Of a DNA stretch of 64,000 bases, positions 12,897-28,229 are shown one piece after another. The translations under genes and the position numbers were made by a program. The notes below the pieces were generated by a model. The model had not been told where the DNA came from and did not search any database. It saw only the letters and a program-made list of their open reading frames with translations. Within the stretch, counting starts at the first letter, position 1. The number at the start of each line of letters is the position of its first letter. Source of the DNA: Salpingoeca rosetta (lineage: Eukaryota > Protista > Choanoflagellata); contig JAWQFM010000005.1 in the NCBI GenBank assembly GCA_033442325.1, positions 1,440,872-1,504,871 on the forward strand. Direction: 5' to 3'.

Positions 12897-15584
12897 GTTG
12901 CAATCCCTGCTGACGAAGACGCTCAAGCAGCATCTGGCGTGAGTTCTTCCCAATGGTCGATTGAGGGATTGATGTTATCAAGGGGAAAGGGGAGAAGGGA
13001 AGGCTCTCATAGCTCTGGCAAAGGAATCAAGGAAGGCTTTCACTTTGCCAAGCCAGTGTGATATGGTCGCTGTGTGTGTGTGTGTGTGCCTGTCTCTGAA
13101 GTACGAGCTCCTCACTGTATGCGTGCGCACTAACCCTTGCGTGTTGATTGCATGCCTCCATGCAGCCCATACCTGGAAGGGTTTGATGCAGACCAGCTGG
13201 ATGTTGGCGTGCTCAAGGGGGAGATTGTCTTGCATGACCTCAAGCTCAAGAGCACCATCCTGGCTGACCTGGACCTGCCAGTGCAGCTGCACAAAGGTCG
13301 TTGACTGTTTCCCACTGACCGCACGCATGCTGCTCTGCGCAACCCCACTCACGGCCTGCTTCCTGCTCAACATTGCTGAACGCGATGTATGGCGACAGGC
13401 AGCACAGCGCACTCACTTCCACATGCTCGCCCTTGCCACCCCTCCCCCTCCCCCAAAAACAACAAAACAAACCAACAAATCCCCGAGTTGCTCACATGAA
13501 CATCCGAACAAACGTTTTTGCTGCTTGTGACTCGCTGCTTATGACTCGCTGCTGCACCCGCCACTCACAGGGTATGTGGGCACGCTGAGGCTGAAGATAC
13601 CGTGGAAGCACCTCTTCCCAACACCATCCAAGCCTGTCATCGCGCAGGTGGAGAACATCTTCATTGTTGTCGGCCCAAATCTGGACCAACCGTTTCGCAA
13701 GGATGTGCACGACAAGAACGAGCGCGCACGTAAAGACTCTGCCATTGCTGTCTGGGAAGAGGAGTGGAAGCAGGCGCACATGACCGAGCAAGAGAAGAAG
13801 GCCAAGGCCAGCTTCACAGAGAAGCTTGTTGCCTCCATCATCAACAACTTGCAGGTCGTGCACCAGCTGACAGCGCTAGTGCTGTGCTTGCCGAGCCTCT
13901 TTGATAGTTCCGCTGGGGTTGGTGTGTTAGTGCTGGGGTCGGTGTTGGTTTTGGTGTCGGTGTGTTGGTGTTGGTGTGCTGGTGTGCTGCTGTCGGTGTG
14001 TTTGTTGGTGTGTGCAATGTTGTGTCATCACCACATCAGCCAGCAAGCAGCCCTGGCTCACAGTTGTGTGTGTGTGTGTATGTATGTACCGACATGTTGG
14101 CATGCCGTTTTGTTGGCTGCTGCAGGTGACGATCAAAGGTCTGCATGTGCGCTACGAAGACGATGTTGCACACAGCGGCCACCCGTTTGCTGCAGGGTTC
14201 ACCATCGACACCATTGCCGCGGAAACAACAGATGAGAACTTCAAGCCAGCCTTTGCTGGTGGTATGCCACCTGTTGTGCACAAACTCGCCACCCTCTCCT
14301 GCCTGTCCATGTACCTGGACACGGTACGTCGCTTGCTTGCTGGAGTGTTTGTTTGCTTACTTGTTTGTTTGTTTGCTTGCTACACTGTTTTGTCTTTGCA
14401 GCTGAGGGTTCTCTCTGCCTGTCTGCCTGTCTCTGTCTCTGTGTTCTGCTTTCATCACATCTCGTGGCATCACGCTCGTCTCACCAATCGTTCTGCTTTG
14501 CCTGGCTCTGTGCGTGTGTGTGCGTGTGCGTGTGCGTGTGTGTGTTTGTGTGTTCGTGCTTCTTGTAGGACGCCAAAATGGTGCACAAGATGAAGCCAGA
14601 CGCGGCGAAGAAGGATGCCTGGGTTGAGTACATGCGCAGTCTCATCCCAAGCAATGAGCGGTACGTGATGTGGCCCTGTCTGCGTTGGTCGAAGTGGGAG
14701 GGGGGAGGGCGGGCAGCTGATCTCACCACCATCACCACAGAAACAACAACAGCAACAGCAGTGCCACTTGTGATGACTCACATCTACCACTGGCTCGTGT
14801 GCCAAACTGTGCAGTGCTGTGGATCACCAGTACTTGCTGGCCCCCGTGTCAATGACACTCAAACTCAAACTCAACAGCAAGGGCGAGGTCAACGTCGTTC
14901 CCAAGGTGAAATCCATCACCCACAAACATGCAAGCATGGCCACACCACGGCTGCGCCTGGTGCTGACGCCCAAACTAATTTTTTTTTATCTTTCGTCCAT
15001 TCCGTTCAAACACCTCTGCGCACAACATACACACACACACACACACACCCCTACAACCCTTCACACACCAAACATGTTTGTGCTTGTTTGCAGGTGGATG
15101 CTGACGTGCACGTTGAGCGGTTCCAGATTGACCTGGACGAGGGCCAATACAACGATCTCCTCTTCCTCACAGACGGTCTCTCACGCTTTTCGCGCCAAAG
15201 CACACACCGCCACCTCAGGTTCGCATGTGTGTTTGCATGTGTGTGTGTGTGTGCGTGAGTTTCTGCACAGGTGCACTGCACCGAAAGAGAATCATACCCT
15301 CACCTGTGTCTCTACAATGCATGCTGTTGTTGCTGAATCGTGTTCAGGCCGACCAGTGTGCGCCCGACCACGCCGCGCGGCGCCCGCCAGTGGTGGCAGT
15401 ACTGCACCGCCGCCGTGCGCGAGGTAGTTCATTCTGGGTTGTGTTCGAGTACAATTGTTTTGCATGGGGAGCATGTTGCACACGCGCGCACGTGCGGAGA
15501 AAGCCATCAAACGTGGCGGTTGTGTTGTCTTGTATCTGGTTGTTTTAGAATGGTTGCATTGGACTTGACGTTTCACGCAAATTT

Positions 15585-15657
<73 letters not shown>

Positions 15658-15906
15658 TAGGATGTGCGTGCTGGCCTGCGGCAGTGGTCGTGGCCGCGCA
15701 TGGCAGCGAGGCGGGCGCACCGCGTCAAGTACAAGAACACATACCGCGAGTTCTGTGGCATCAAGAAGGAAGGGAAATCGAAGCAGGCGCTCCAGGTGCG
15801 TGCGCGTGTGTGCTTGTGCGCGCATGTTTGGCTTTAAGTGTGGCTGCCGTGCATTTTGCGGTGATATCTGTCAGTCTGTCTGCCTGTCTGACACACACAC
15901 ACACTT

Positions 15907-15990
<84 letters not shown>

Positions 15991-16982
15991 TCTCTTTCTC
16001 CCTCTCTTCTTCTGCTTCTACGCACTGCCTGCATGCCCTGCGCATGTCTCATTCGAGCTTTACCTGTGCCCGCTTGCGTCCTCATCTCCCTCCACCCTCG
16101 CCCCCCGGGCCCTTCGCTGCCACGCGCTGCAGGCCGAGCTGACGAAACTGGAGGAGACAATGACGCCCGAGGACATCATTGCATATCGCCAGGACGTGCG
16201 GCAGGCGCTGCACAGGGAAGAGAAGGAGCGACAGAAGAAGCACAAGCACGACAAGGGCGGCGGCTGGTTCAGCTGGCTCACGGGACATAAGGTGCGTGCC
16301 CGAAGCAAACGAGCATGTAGTGTTGGGTCCACATGCCCCTTGCTGCTGATACAAACGTCCCCTGATGCGACCGTCACACACACACACACATACACACACA
16401 CACACACACTTGCCTCTCTGCCTGCTCTCTGCCTCCGTCACCATGTCTCCCTGTGTCTCATGCACATGCACGCGCCCCGTGTGTGCAGACGACGTCAACG
16501 GATGCGCTATCGCAGGCGTTTGGAGACGAGCTCACGGAGAAAGAGAAGAATGAAATCTATGAAGCCATCGGTTACGAGTGCGTATTCGGATGCTTCGTAC
16601 ACACACACACATACACACACACATGCCGTGAATATATGTGTCATCATTTGGACGCACCACTCATCTTGCACCACTGCACGTGTGTATGTTGATTGTGGGT
16701 GTTGACAGCGAGGAGGACGTGAGTGGCGTGGACATCCATTCCAAGTCATACGTGGCAATGAAGGCATCGTTACTGATCGGCAAAGTTGGCATCTGCCTTT
16801 GCGAGGTGTGTTACGCTTTTCCCCGTTAGTGTTGGGTGCGAAGGCCTTCGCTATTGCCGAAGCAGCATGCTTTGCAAAAGCGGTAAACATCCACATGAAC
16901 ACACGCACTCTCTCACTCTCACTTACAGTGGTACGAACTCACGCTCACACGCGCACACGCGCGCACGCGCGCACACGTACAT

Positions 16983-17046
<64 letters not shown>

Positions 17047-17202
17047 TCGTACAGCGTCGGAAGCCCGTGCAGACGGCTGACGAGCGAGCGGACATTCTGG
17101 CGCTGGATCTGCACCAGCTGAGTGTTGGGTTTGCGCAGCGGCCAGCAGCAGAGGCAGTCAAGGTCGACGTCACCATCCAGAGGTGAGCTCTCGGGCCGTG
17201 CG

Positions 17203-17258
<56 letters not shown>

Positions 17259-20200
17259 CGCGTGTAGCTCTCTTTCTGTCTCTGTCTCTGTCTATGCTGT
17301 GTGCAGTGGCTCTCCGTACACCTGCACGCAAGATCGTCGCCGAGCTTGTTGGTATCACCAACACCACGACTCACATTCTACACAACGCCCTCTCTCCCTC
17401 TTCTTCCAGTCTCCTTGTCACAGATGAGCAGCTGCGTGCAACGCCGGATGCAGATACAAGTTTTTGCTGCGTCCTCCGCCCTCGTCGCGGTATGCGTGTG
17501 TGTGTGTGCGTGTCCATGTGTGTGTGTGTGTGCGTCAACTTCGCCCACTTTACAGTCGTTTTGTGCAGTGGCACGCATGTAACCCCCCCCACACACACAC
17601 ACACTTACACACACACACACACACACACATGCATGCACTCACGCACTCACGCACTCACGCTCTCACCCTCCCACTTTCTCTACAACACATGCACACCGCC
17701 AGCGATGCACAAGCTCGGGCGGCGTGATCGCGGTGCAACGCAGTCAACAGCGCCCTTCTTTGAGCTCACGTTCGAAACAAACCCGCAGGACAAGCCCGTG
17801 GACACGCGGGTGGTGCTGGGCCTGGAGCCACTGGAGGTTGTGTATGTCCCCGCAGTGCTCCAGCGGGTCACAGACTTCACGGCGGTGCCGGCCGAGCTGA
17901 CTGCACTGGATGATGTTGCGTCGGCGGCAGCGGCGCGGGCATGGCAGCTGCAGGATTACACCAGCACGGGTCTCATGTACGCGATTGGTGAGTTCAAGCC
18001 TCACGCACGTGTGCGGTCGTGACGTGTGACGTTGGGGAGGGGAGGAATGTGCGCCTGTATGTGGCATCGTGTTGTGTGATGTGCACTTTTCTCTTGCTCT
18101 GCCCCACCCCCGCCCGCCGCAATCTTCTGTTTCTTTTGTGTTTTGTACTCCCACGTGTCTGCACATGTTCGAATATCAGGCCACCTTGTTGCACAATCAC
18201 ACGCAAACTCACCCCTCTTCACCCCACTTGAACCCCCTGCAACGCCCCCCCCCCCCAATATCAGAGACACACACGACGATTGACCTCGACATTCAGCTCG
18301 GTGCTCCCACGGTCATCATCCCCACAGACCGCGTGATGATGGTGGTGGATCTTGGGCACCTCAGCGTCAAGTCAAGCGTCATCGATCCCTCAACCGTGCG
18401 TTGCTGGAACGGATGTCCTGTGTTTCATGAGCTGTGGTGATGTGGTGGTCTGTTGTGTGGTGTGCTTTGTTGCATGGTGAAGTCAAGGATATTTCTGTTT
18501 TCGCTCTTCAACAAGTGACTGCAACACTGTATGCTGTGGCATGTCCTTGATCCAGTCGTGACGCACGAACCACTTACCCTTCTCCACCACACTTCCCCCA
18601 CACCCACATCTCGCAGCTCTCTGTGAAGAATGTGGAGGAGGGCATGTACGATCGCTTCGACATCCGTCTCTCCCACCTGCAGGCCGTCATCCTCCAACGC
18701 AACAAAGGCTCCGACATGGCAACGTGTGTGTGTGTGTGTGTGTGTGTGGGTGTGTGTGTGTGATGTCTGTATGTGCATTCGTGCGCTCGTGTGGTCGTGC
18801 AAGCACGCGCATATTTCTCGTACACGGTTGCATGTGGCTGCCCAAGTTGAACTGTTCTCTCACCACCACCACCACCACCACTACAACCTCCTCCACCTCC
18901 TCATCCTCGCAGAGAGTGGCAAGAAATGCTGGTGGCGCCAGATGTGACCCCACATCACCTGCTCGCCCCGACAACGCTCGACCTTGCATTCTTCCAATGT
19001 GTGCAGCAGAACAACCCAAAGTATGCGCGAGGCAAGTTTGAGGGCCACCTGCCCTCGCTGCACGTGTACATCTCCGATGCCATCTACATTCAGCTGATGG
19101 AGCTGCTCGCCGTCATTGCGCCGCCACAGCCTGAACCCGACGCAGCCCAGCTTGCCCTTGAACAACAGCAACAACAACAACAGCAACAACAACAACAACA
19201 GCAACAACAACAACAACAGCAACAACAACAGCAGCAGAACAAGGCAGCGCTGGCGCGCAGACGGGCGCTATCGCGTGTACATGCCGCATCGCCGCGTGCT
19301 CCTGGCGGGGCGTCTCCGCTGACACCGCGGGCCCGGGCGCCCACAGCGGTCAGCGGCAGCAACGCCCCCTACGCGTCCTCGCACGGCGCAGAGGACACGG
19401 ATGATGAGTTCTTCTCGTGCGACGAAGGCAGTGGGAGCATGATGGACGTCTCCAGTGCGTCGTCGTCTTCACACGCGCACAGCGGTGAAGGGGAAGAGCA
19501 GCCGCCGGCCATGACAGAGGAGGAGCTGGAGCTCGCACTCGCCCGGCATGTCGTCATTGAGGGCACATTCACCATTGCTCGCATGCGCGTGACGGTGGTC
19601 GATACCAGCACAGACGGCGGCGGCGCAGCAGCAGCAGCAGCAGTGCCCGCACAGCAGATAGCACCCCAAACAGCAGTAGCACCATCATCAACAGCCACAG
19701 CAACAAAAACAACATCGTCATCATCGTCATCAGCTGTTGTGGGGACGGCAGGCAGAGAGCTGCTCACGCTGGATATTCGCAACCTGTCGCTGGACCGGTT
19801 TCGGCAACGCGAAGACATGCTGGCAGAGCTCTCGCTTGCAGGCATCGACATTGTTGATCACCTTGCCCACCACTCCGATGACAGCCACGGTGCTGGTGGT
19901 GATGACGCAAATGCGTCGCAGCACGCGGCAGCGAAAGATCACAACAAGAAGAAGAAGACGACGACGATGAAGTCAACGGTGGACAAGGGCGAGAAGAAGG
20001 ACAAGAAGGGCGACACGAAGAAGAAGAAGACCAAGACCAAGACCAAGACGGCGCACGACGACAAAGCAAAGGACGAGAAGAGTGATGCCTCCAGCCAAGC
20101 TGATGGAGAAGCCCCCGGCACACAGCGTGCGCTCCTGTTGGAATCAAACCCACGGACACCCTTGCCTGGCATTGCGTACGAACCAGCAGCCGACAAGCTG

Positions 20201-22524
20201 ATCAGCGTGTACTACACCGCGTGCCCACCAGAGTCACCGCTGTTTGCGGAGGACCATGATCGCATCAAGGCGTCGGCAAAGGTGGACGTTGGTGACCTCC
20301 GTTTGACGGTTCGCCAGGAGTCGCTCCGCGTTGTGCTCGCATGGGCGCAGACCACCATGGCCAGTGCCACCGCTGCTTCGGAGGCGGTGCTGGAGGAACA
20401 GGGCCTGTCCACCACCGTGCCGTCGCCATCAACCCGGTCACCCGCCACTGTTGCGGAGGAAAGCAGTGGTGACAGCCAGGCAGCCACAGCGGCGGCGGCA
20501 GCAACAGCAGCAGCAGCAAGCTATCCTTCCTCGGATGCCACTGCCACCTCACAGCAGCAAACTGGCAAGGCCGCACCGGTTGGTCCAGAAGCGTCTGACG
20601 GCATTGTGGACATGGAGGCGACAGCAACGTTTGGGTCTGTGCAGCTGGTGCTGCAGCGGCGCCAGCAGCCCGTGGCGTCCTTCCTGCTTGCCGGCGCACA
20701 GGCCAACGTGAGCATGGACGCGAACCGCACGGCCATCAAGGCGTCGCTTGCCCAGCTCAACCTGGCAGACTTGCTGCGCGAAAACCCGTCCAAGCAGATG
20801 GTGGTGAGCGTGCTTGGCGCCGACAAGGTGTTCAGTGCCACCGCCATGCTGTGGAACGAGCAGGCCAAAGGCGGCAGCTTCCTCCACCCGGACATGACTG
20901 TCAAGCTTGACGTGGCGCAGCTGCGCGTGGTGTTCTTCATGCGCTTCATCACAGACATCACCCGCTTTGCCGGCGCTCTCACCGCAGACCAGCCACCCAC
21001 TGCAAGCAGCGGCAGCAGCACATCACGCACGACGGCCACCAGCAGCACAGCAAACGCGCATGGTCCCCAATCTGGCGGCAGCCCGCACCGCCGCTCGGAC
21101 CACCGCATCCAAGTCACTGCTGTCGAGGACGATGACGATGACGATGGCGATGAAGGCGGCGATGGCGAAGGTGCAGGGAACCTACGGGAAATGATGGGCA
21201 CCGCCAGCAACCCGCGGTCATCGCAGGCCCTCAGCACACACACGAGCACGAGCAGCCGTACGCTCCGCCCGCCATCCACGGGCCGCGGCGGCGGCGGCAG
21301 TGCTGGCGGTCGCAAGCGGCGGAGTCGGAAGGGAAGCAGGACAGCGTCCCCGACGCCATCCATCTTCTCGCACCTGAGCAACCTGCCCGCGACGCTGACC
21401 ATGGCTGAGAAGGCCGCAGCCGTGTATAAGATGGACCTGGACGTGACGCTGCTTGCACCGCAGATTGTGGTGCCGATTGACGCCACCTCCAACAGCGCGC
21501 TCGTGCTTGACCTGGGCAAGCTGCAGGTGTCGAACAGCATCGCAAAGGAGCCCGAGATGGCCGAGCGCGACTTTTGCATCGTGGACACCATGAACGTGAC
21601 GCTGAGCAACCTGCACATGCGCATGATCACGTTTGACGAGGGCGACGGCGAGGCGCGAAAGACGACGGAGGTGATCCACCCCGTGGACGTGAACGTGTGT
21701 TTGCGCCGCGCCCTGCTTAACGCGAAACACGAACTGCCCGACATGGACCTCGCCTGCAACATCTCCTCCATCAACTTGGAGCTGAACGACGCCGACTACG
21801 TGCTCATCATGCAAATGCTTGCAGGCAATTTGGGGGAGGAGCCCGTGCTGCCCGAAGAAGAAGCGCCACTGGAAGGTGGCACGGGCCAACCAAGTGCCCA
21901 CAGGCAACCGCAAGCGGCGCCCGTGATCACAGTTGACGGGGAGCAAGGCCGAGAGCACCTCAAGGACAAGGCGCGGCAGCACGCACTGGACGTGATTCGT
22001 GGCGAGGACAGCCGGGAGAAGCTTGATGTGACGGCGCTGGAGCGAGAGGCCGTGCGAACGCCAACGCCGCGCCAACACAAACCACCACGCCCACCGCCAG
22101 CGATAGTGGCATCCAGCAGTCGTGCGGACGCCCGCAGCCAGCAGGAGGAGGAGCAGGAGGGTGCAGGAGTGGATGGTGAGCGGGCTCGCAGCATCAGCCA
22201 GGCCGTTCGCACAACATCGGGCGCTGTCGGAACAGCACCGCCTCCCCACGTTGCAACAAAGGCGACAGTGACGCTGGCGAGCGTGTCTCTGCTGCTGCGC
22301 AAGGAGACACAGCCCCTGTGCACGGTGACGCTGAAGGAGTCTGACCTGCACGCGAAGATTGACGCGGATGGGGCCATTCGGGCCGGCGTGGAGGTGGAGG
22401 GCCTGGAGATTGTGGATGCACGCCCAGACTCACAGAGCAAGTTCAAGGCGCTGCTCAAGAGCTCCACCACAGCCACGACCACAACCACGAGCACCACAAC
22501 GACCACGCCTCAGCAGCAGCAGCC

Positions 22525-22561
<37 letters not shown>

Positions 22562-22932
22562 CACATGTTGGTTGCGCGTGCGAATGTCCTTGATGGTGAC
22601 ACGAGCGTGCGCATGACGCTGCGCGGCCTGGATGTCACCGTGTGCATGGATTTCGTCATGGCACTCGTGGGCTTTTTGCCAGAGGTACCAGACAACACTG
22701 CAACTGCTGGCGGCGGGGACACGGGTGACACAAAGAAGGAGGCAATCATGGATGCTGATCGAGCCAGCCGCGCTCCTCGCAGCATCGACGACCTCCTGGA
22801 CGAGGACCATGATGACGACGACGATGATGATGAAGAGCAAGCAGACGGCGGGAACGTGGCACTGGCCAACACAAGCGAAACAGGCGGAGACGACACTGGT
22901 GCGTCATGCTTGTGTGTGCGTGTATGTGTGTG

Positions 22933-23012
<80 letters not shown>

Positions 23013-26000
23013 TGGGTGTGGGTGTGGGTGTGTGTGTGTGTGCGTGCGTGTGGGTGTGGGTGGGTGGGTGTACGCGTGACGTGTGCTCTATTGTTTGCCC
23101 ATGTAGACTTGTACCTCTTGATCTGCGTGTGATACCCTTTCACCGGTGCTGCCATTCGCCTGTGTCCCACAGCCGGACCGCCTGCTCCGACGCTCCGCGT
23201 GTATGTGGAGGTGGATGACCTGTGCACCAAACTGGTTGAGGACCACACAGACCCGATTTCCCGCGCCCTGCGCCTCGCCTTTGACGTGCAGTGAGTTTTG
23301 TCGACACAATTCGTGTTTTCGTTCTGTTTATGCTGGTGTGTGTGCGTGTGTGTACATGTGTGCGCGTATGTATGCATGTGTGTACGAGTGCTGAACAGCT
23401 CTACTTCACTTTCTCGACCGCACACACAATGACCACACTGTGCATGCACTCACCACCGCCCACCACTTTCACCAACATTCCCCACCAACATTTCCCCCCC
23501 CAACCACCACCACCGTCACCTCTTGCCAGCCTGTTTTACTCTGCGGCAGAGGTTCGCAGCAACATCTCAGTGAACATGACCAACCTGCACATGGCGTCGC
23601 TCCGGCCGTGGCGGGGCCAGCGCGAGTTTGTGACAGTGCTGCAGCCGTGTGCGCTCAAGCTTTCGTACTCAACCGATGCGGACAAGGACCTGAACATCAT
23701 TGGTGTGAACCTCGACCACATTGTCATGAGGTGAGTCCGACGAGAGAAACCACATCACCACGGCCTCGCGTGGGGTGTGCTGTCCTCTGTTGTACGTGTG
23801 TGTGTCTGTGTCTGTGTGTCTGTGTCTCTGTGTGTCTGTGTCTCTGTGTCTGTGTGTGTGTTTCACCCTAATCCCACCTTTGCCTTGGCTGCGATTAAAT
23901 CACCATGCATGTTTCTCCGCGTCCCTCACCTCGCCTCACGCGCACACGAACCCCCCCCTCCCCATCCAAACGCACACGCACAGCGTTGGATACAACGACC
24001 TGAAGATTGTGTTATCTGTGCTGGCTGCGCTCGGAGCGGAGAGCAAGCCCGTCGACAACGACCACGACAACGACGCAGAAGCTGCCGATGACGATGCGGC
24101 AGACGTGCATACACACACGCGCGCTGAGGTGACGCTGGACACGTCGGAGCAGCTGCTTGGGACGGACCGCTGGTACCTCGAGTCGTACAGGCGCGGGGAT
24201 GATGGCGATGCGTCATCGCTGCTGTCGAGCGAATCAGCAGAGGACGAGGGCGAAAACGGGCGCGGAAACAGGCACGAGCTGATGTTTGGACGGTTCTCCC
24301 CCGCGCACATGATGGCGGAGGAAGGCGAGGCCGAGGAGTGGATTTCCCGCTCAACAGCGCAGGTGGAGATTGGCAGCATCGACATCACGCTGATTGACGA
24401 CTTTGACAAGCAGGACCAGCCCATGCTGCTTCTCAGCTCGGACCTGTTTGTGTCTGCGAAGAACGTCATGTCGACCAAGCTGCCGCTGGACGTGTGGGCG
24501 AGCCTGTCGCTCTCCGTCGCGTTTTACAACCCGCGCGTGTCAACATGGGAGCCTGTACTCGAGCCTATCCTCGACACAGACACGCGGACTCCGCGGCCAT
24601 GGCAGCTGCAGGCGCACGTACGCATGCGGCAAGGCGATCAGGGCCAGCTCACCTCCACCGCCATCGCCGACATGGACACCGGCGACACGAGCGTGCACCC
24701 GGACGCGCTGCCGGATCTGCTGTGCGTTGTGACCGCCGCGGACCGGCTGGAGATCAACTTCACCAACGCCTTCTACTCTGTGATCATGTCAAGCGTGTTT
24801 GTGGCTGGGGAGGAGGAGTGCGTGAAAGACGACGCGGCCGTGCTGCAGCACCAGGCGGTAGCCGAAGTGCAGGAGGCGTCGCTGGCACAGACGGTCACCA
24901 TCAAGCGCGAGTTTGTGGAGTATCTGTTTGTCAACTCCACTGCGCATGAGATGACGCTGACGCTGCACCACCCCAACCGAAGCATCACAGACGACACGCG
25001 CACGGTCAGTGGTCGTGGTCGCTTGTCTGTTGGTGGTGGTGGCGGCACGATAACACGCTGTTGTGTGCTTGTGGCATGCTGCTGACGTGTGCGTGTGCAA
25101 TGCGTCTTGTGTGTGTGTGTGAGCGACGCATCATGTGTGTGTGTGTGCGTGTTCGTGTGTGCGACGCGTCATGTGTATGTGTGTGTGCGAGCGCGCGCGT
25201 TGATCTAACCTGCCTGCCCAATGTGTGTGAGTGGCTTTTGTTTTGTACCCTTTCATGTTCTTTCGTATCCTGTCATATTTGGCTGTCGTGGGCGATGGCT
25301 TGTTTGCCGTGTGTTTGTCTCATTCGATTCGTTGGCTAATCCTCCGTGCCTTCTTCACCCACTCACCTTGTTTTCGAAAAAATGCTTGCTGCCAGCAGGT
25401 GGTTGTGGAGGCCGACGCCACTGTTCCGCTGCTGTTCCCGGCAGAGACTCGCCGTGAGCGCACGTACATGCGTGCACTCGCTGCCGGCACGACCTCGTCT
25501 GAGCGGCGCGTCACCATCAGCTTGCCTGGCTGCCAGCCGCTTGTTGGTGTGCACGTGGAAGGCGTGGGTCGGTTTGGCCACCGGCTCACCACGGCGGACG
25601 GCAAGCGCACGCTCTGGTGTGTTGTTGAGGTCGAGATGAAGGGCGCCATCAAAATTGTCACCGTCCACAGCACGTTCCAGGTGCGGTGAACACATCTCTG
25701 CATTTTGGTCACATGCATTTTGTGTGCGTGTGTGTGTGTGTGTGCGTGTGTGTGTGTGTATGTGTGTACATTAGTTGTGTTGCTTGCTCCCATCGTGAAA
25801 ACGCGCTGACACAATTCGCCCCGCCTATATTGGCTGCACTCTCACTCACACAGGTGCACAACAGCCTTCACATTCCGCTGGATATCGGCTGCAAGCTCAA
25901 CGACCAAATGGTGTCATTGAGCGAGCTCGCACCAGGCGACACCTTCAGGTACAGGCAACTCGGGCGTTTTATCTTGTCTTGCATGGTTTTGCATTCCATG

Positions 26001-26148
26001 CTCTCAATTCCCATCACATCACGCTAGCAACGTTCTTTTGGGCGTATTCACGCGAGCGCTCGCAAAGATTGATACAATGTTCGCCCACTCACGCACGTGC
26101 GCACTGCATACACCACTCACACGCATACACGTTCACGCACAAACTACG

Positions 26149-26223
<75 letters not shown>

Positions 26224-28172
26224 TCACACACTCACACACACACACACTCCCTTCTTTTCCACAATCATTCACACACCGTGTGCACGCCAGCCTGCCGCTG
26301 ACGGTTGCGATCCGCGGATTCCACGCGCGCCCGTCCGGCCTCGCATATGCGTGGAACCCGGAGCCCATCTGCTTCTCGTCTCGCCCGCGCATGTTCATCC
26401 AGTGCAACCCAGCAGCTGCGGCAGCAGCGGCGGACGGAGCCAATCTCGTCTCGAGTGTGTCCACGTCGGGCACCCACACACAACCAGCGACAGGCGAGGC
26501 AACAGCAGCAGCACCAGGTGGAGGCGAAGGAGAAGGCGACGGTGACGTTGGCAATGACGATGAGGGCGCAGCAGCGGACGACACGGCACCCAGGGGTCCA
26601 ATGGCGCTCCAGGCCGTCATCCAGCGCCTCAAGTTTGATGCGGGCGTGCCGAGTGCGAGCCACCCCTGTCACGTCGTCACGTTTTCGGCGCCGCTGATTG
26701 TGCGCAACCTGCTGCCAATGCCGCTGCACCTGAAGCTGTTGTGTGCAGACAACGAGGAGCTGGACGGCACCACGATCCATCTGCAGGCTGGCGAGCGCTT
26801 CCCTGTGATTGGACAGCTGACGGGCCAGGTCCAGGCGCTGTACTACCACTCGTGGATGGAGGGCAAGCCCAAGTTTGCACGCAGCGTCAAGAAGAAAGAG
26901 GGTGCGGCAACGGAGCACGCAGACAACGGCACAGTTGCCCCTCCACAGGACCACCGCAATGGTGACAGTGGTGGTGGCGAGAACGATGATGAGGACACGG
27001 AGAGCAACATTCTTGTTCCAGACGATGCGTGGCAGGGGCCGTTCCTTCTCTACAAACCTCGCCAGTGGCAGAAGGTGAGCGCCAGCTGCGCGTACTCACA
27101 GGCATTGCTTATTTAGGTTGAGAAGGCAAGATGGGAGGTTGGGGGCGGGGTAGCTTACGTCTCGGCTGAATGAACAGCCTGCAATGCCTGCGTTAGTTTG
27201 CGCTTGTCGGGGCTCCCTTCTGTTACTCATGCCGCTGTCGCATTTAATCACACACGCACACACACACACACACACACGCACACACACACGTCCGTCTGCC
27301 TGCTGGGTCCTGAACTTGACACGAGCAGCAAACGGAACAGAGTGTCAAGTGCGAGCGCGAGGTTGACGGTGCGAGCGAGCAGTTCCACATGCACGTGTTG
27401 TCACAGTCGACCGGCACACGCGGCGCCAGCACCCTGGTGACTGTTGCCGCCCCTTACTGGATCGTCAACCAAACCGGGCGAACCATCCGCTACCGCCAGC
27501 GCGGCGACGAGTTTGAGGGCCCGTCTTTGCGCGTGCACAAACCAGAACAGACACAGCCAGAGCTGTTCAGTCTCGGCGTGCGCCCGTCCACCACGGTCCG
27601 CTTTGCGTTTGAGGACTCCGGCAAGTGGTCTGAGGCGCAACGGCTGGACACGGTCGGCCACTCGTTCCCCATCACGCTGCCCATCACCCGTGGCGCAGCC
27701 GACGAGGAGGTGGTTGGCCAGACGGAAATTGCTGCCAGCATTGCGCTGGCGCAGGGCAACCTGACGAAGATTGTCACGCTCGTGCCGCGGTTCATGCTGC
27801 ACAACACGAGCACCCACACGGTCCTGTGCGCTGAGGCGGCAGTGTCGTTGACGCGGGGCAGTAGAGGACGCGAGGGCGTGATTGAGCTCGCACCAGGCGA
27901 CTGCGTACCATTTTGGCCACAGCGCGAAGAAGCCTTGCTTCGCGTTCTGTACGTTTGTGGCATCAATTCGCACTCACATTGGGTTTTTTTTTCTTCGTTT
28001 GCTTGCCTTGGTGGTTTGTTGTTGTTTGTTGTATGCGTGCGTTGTGCTTCGTGGGCGAGGCTGAGAGCTAGGGCTGCGGCTTGAAGCTTGTGTGAACGAT
28101 AGTCATTCATGCTCACACGCACACTTATGTTCATTCGCGCCCACTCACACAGCACACACGCACACTTATGTT

Positions 28173-28229
<57 letters not shown>

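Noticed and set aside
20521-22506. Long antisense ORFs within the large VPS13 exon, and similar ones opposite the sGC and bZIPs
   Set aside because: Shadow ORFs caused by GC-rich codon bias; they contain no recognisable domains.
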